In this document: one piece after another, positions 62,710 to 64,000 of the stretch
Layout: each line of letters starts with the position of its first letter
How positions within the stretch are numbered: position 1 is the first letter of the stretch
Source of the DNA: an uncultured Nitrososphaeraceae archaeon
GTDB lineage: Archaea > Thermoproteota > Nitrososphaeria > Nitrososphaerales > Nitrososphaeraceae
DNA: 64,000 nucleotides
Direction of reading: 5' to 3'
Assembly: GCA_963779615.1 (NCBI GenBank)
Contig: CAVZZA010000001.1
Coordinates: forward strand, 32,001 to 96,000
Position numbers and translations under genes: made by a program
Notes under the pieces: model-generated
The model's input: the letters and a program-made list of their open reading frames with translations, nothing else
Told to the model about the DNA's origin: nothing
Database searches by the model: none

Positions 62710-63150
62710 TCACAAGAATACCCTTGAAATCAAGATCATCAATATTAAAGACATTGTAAGCATAGAAAACAGCATTATTGGAATTCGATCATTGAAACCT
62801 TTAATTTTTTTTGATATAACAGTTATTGATCTATTCTTACCTCCAGACAATACGTTATAATAAACAAACAAGGACAGTATTCCAGATATAAAAACCATAT
62901 TACCCCCAAAGGTATAAAATAATTCATAATACCGATAATTGCTATTAATGCCAAAAAGAATCAGGCCTGAAACAATAGAAACTGTTGAAACACATAAAAC
63001 TATTTTACGGAACCTTGGCAAAATCACTGATAAATTTCCCTTTTTATTTAATGGCCTGATGATTGCCAGTACTACAAATGTCATACTCCACCATAGAAAA
63101 GAAGACGCCAAATGAATACTATTAACAAGGATCTGTATTTCTAAAGTCAA
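62710..63150 (-). CDS. four-TM membrane protein (CopD-like)
   Basis: 'IHL....W', 'F.......SIVSG', four hydrophobic segments. Confidence 0.55.
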   Translation of the reverse strand: MTLEIQILVNSIHLASSFLWWSMTFVVLAIIRPLNKKGNLSVILPRFRKIVLCVSTVSIVSGLILFGINSNYRYYELFYTFGGNMVFISGILSLFVYYNVLSGGKNRSITVISKKIKGFNDRIPIMLFSMLTMSLILMILISRVFL

Positions 63151-63574
63151 TGCGATCAGGAACTTATATCCTGTTTAAGCGTCTAAATTCTTTTTGCTCA
63201 CTCTCATTATTTTGATAAGCAATTCTTATAACTTAACGCAACTCAAAACTGGAAAACTGTTCTGTACAACCAATAAATCAAAAAACAGTTCGTTGTTACT
63301 CCACATCGTTATTACAAGCATTGATTTGATTATGGATATATATGCAGCATCAATGAAAATAGTCTGTCTTTAAAATCTTGTTTTAATTTAAAGGTAAAGG
63401 TTAAACACTGATGATAGCAAGAATTATCAATTGCTAGTGAAAGGCAATATTTCAACCTTTATCAATAAATTATTGTGATAATCAAACAATATTTAATTAT
63501 ATTTATAATATTTATATAAAACTCCAAACGACAATAAATAAATACCACTTGCAACATATTTATATTGGGTACAT

Positions 63575-64000
63575 ATGACTGCAGATTCGAATGTGACAGA
63601 TGGACGGTCAACAAGCCTCATCAAAAAACATCAAAATAAGATAACATTGGGTATAATATTCGGTGCCATAGGCGCTGTTCTGATAGGCGGTTTATTATTA
63701 AGTGGAGGAACAACTCCAAATAGCAACATTGGTTCTGTGTTTAACCCTTTACCAGTTTATAAATCAGGACTAGGCGCCATTAATGGATATGTAGCTGGAC
63801 CATTAGGTTTACCCGCTGTCGGAGCAACAGTGGTCGCAACAGAACAGGGAGGGTCAGCCAAGTCAGCTAATGCGTTTATTTCAATCGATGGAAAGTATGT
63901 TTTTAGCAATCTACCGCCAGGTGAATACATATTGATGGTAGCGTATCCCGATGGAGTAAACAAGGTGTTAAACCAAGTATCAGTTGATCCAGGTTCGGTA
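63575..64000 (+). CDS. membrane-anchored protein with carboxypeptidase-regulatory-like domain, 3'-truncated
   Basis: Open to the window end: TM segment, then 'GAINGYV..P.G.PAVGATV.A...DGKYVFSNLPPGEY'. Confidence 0.8.
   Translation, partial: MTADSNVTDGRSTSLIKKHQNKITLGIIFGAIGAVLIGGLLLSGGTTPNSNIGSVFNPLPVYKSGLGAINGYVAGPLGLPAVGATVVATEQGGSAKSANAFISIDGKYVFSNLPPGEYILMVAYPDGVNKVLNQVSVDPGSV

Overview
AT-rich (roughly 30% GC by eye) archaeal chromosome segment. Gene content (a K-E-C-F-A-B-D-H-I V/A-type ATPase operon, F420-type PPOX enzymes, an Asp-box secreted protein, small IS6 elements, an aIF1/SUI1 paralog) points to a soil ammonia-oxidising archaeon of the Nitrososphaeraceae, most likely Nitrosocosmicus-like; this is inference. 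Four blocks stand out. (1) 10.2-13.4 kb: a decayed PolB2-type damage cassette (inactive RadA-like gene, 'MGRTVxSFR' small-gene pseudogene, a ~100-bp polB2 relic) with a divergent RHH/Zn-finger gene, an operator-like palindrome and DUF72. (2) 15-27 kb: a bacterial-style general-stress cluster with a GC-rich Mn catalase, fused LigD, Ku, an unannotated KGG protein and a ferritin-like protein. (3) 32-37 kb: a candidate signalling module of DUF4242, a kinase-less sensor, a KaiC/RAD55-Zn finger-class III cyclase fusion with a non-canonical pocket, and MinD/ParA. (4) 37-46 kb: the ATPase operon, with an unannotated, translationally coupled 52-aa membrane ORF between atpD and atpH. There are four IS6 copies plus relics, and an IS630 inserted inside the terminal repeat of one IS6 derivative. 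No rRNA, tRNA or CRISPR array was seen. All family calls come from motif recognition by eye, not database searches.
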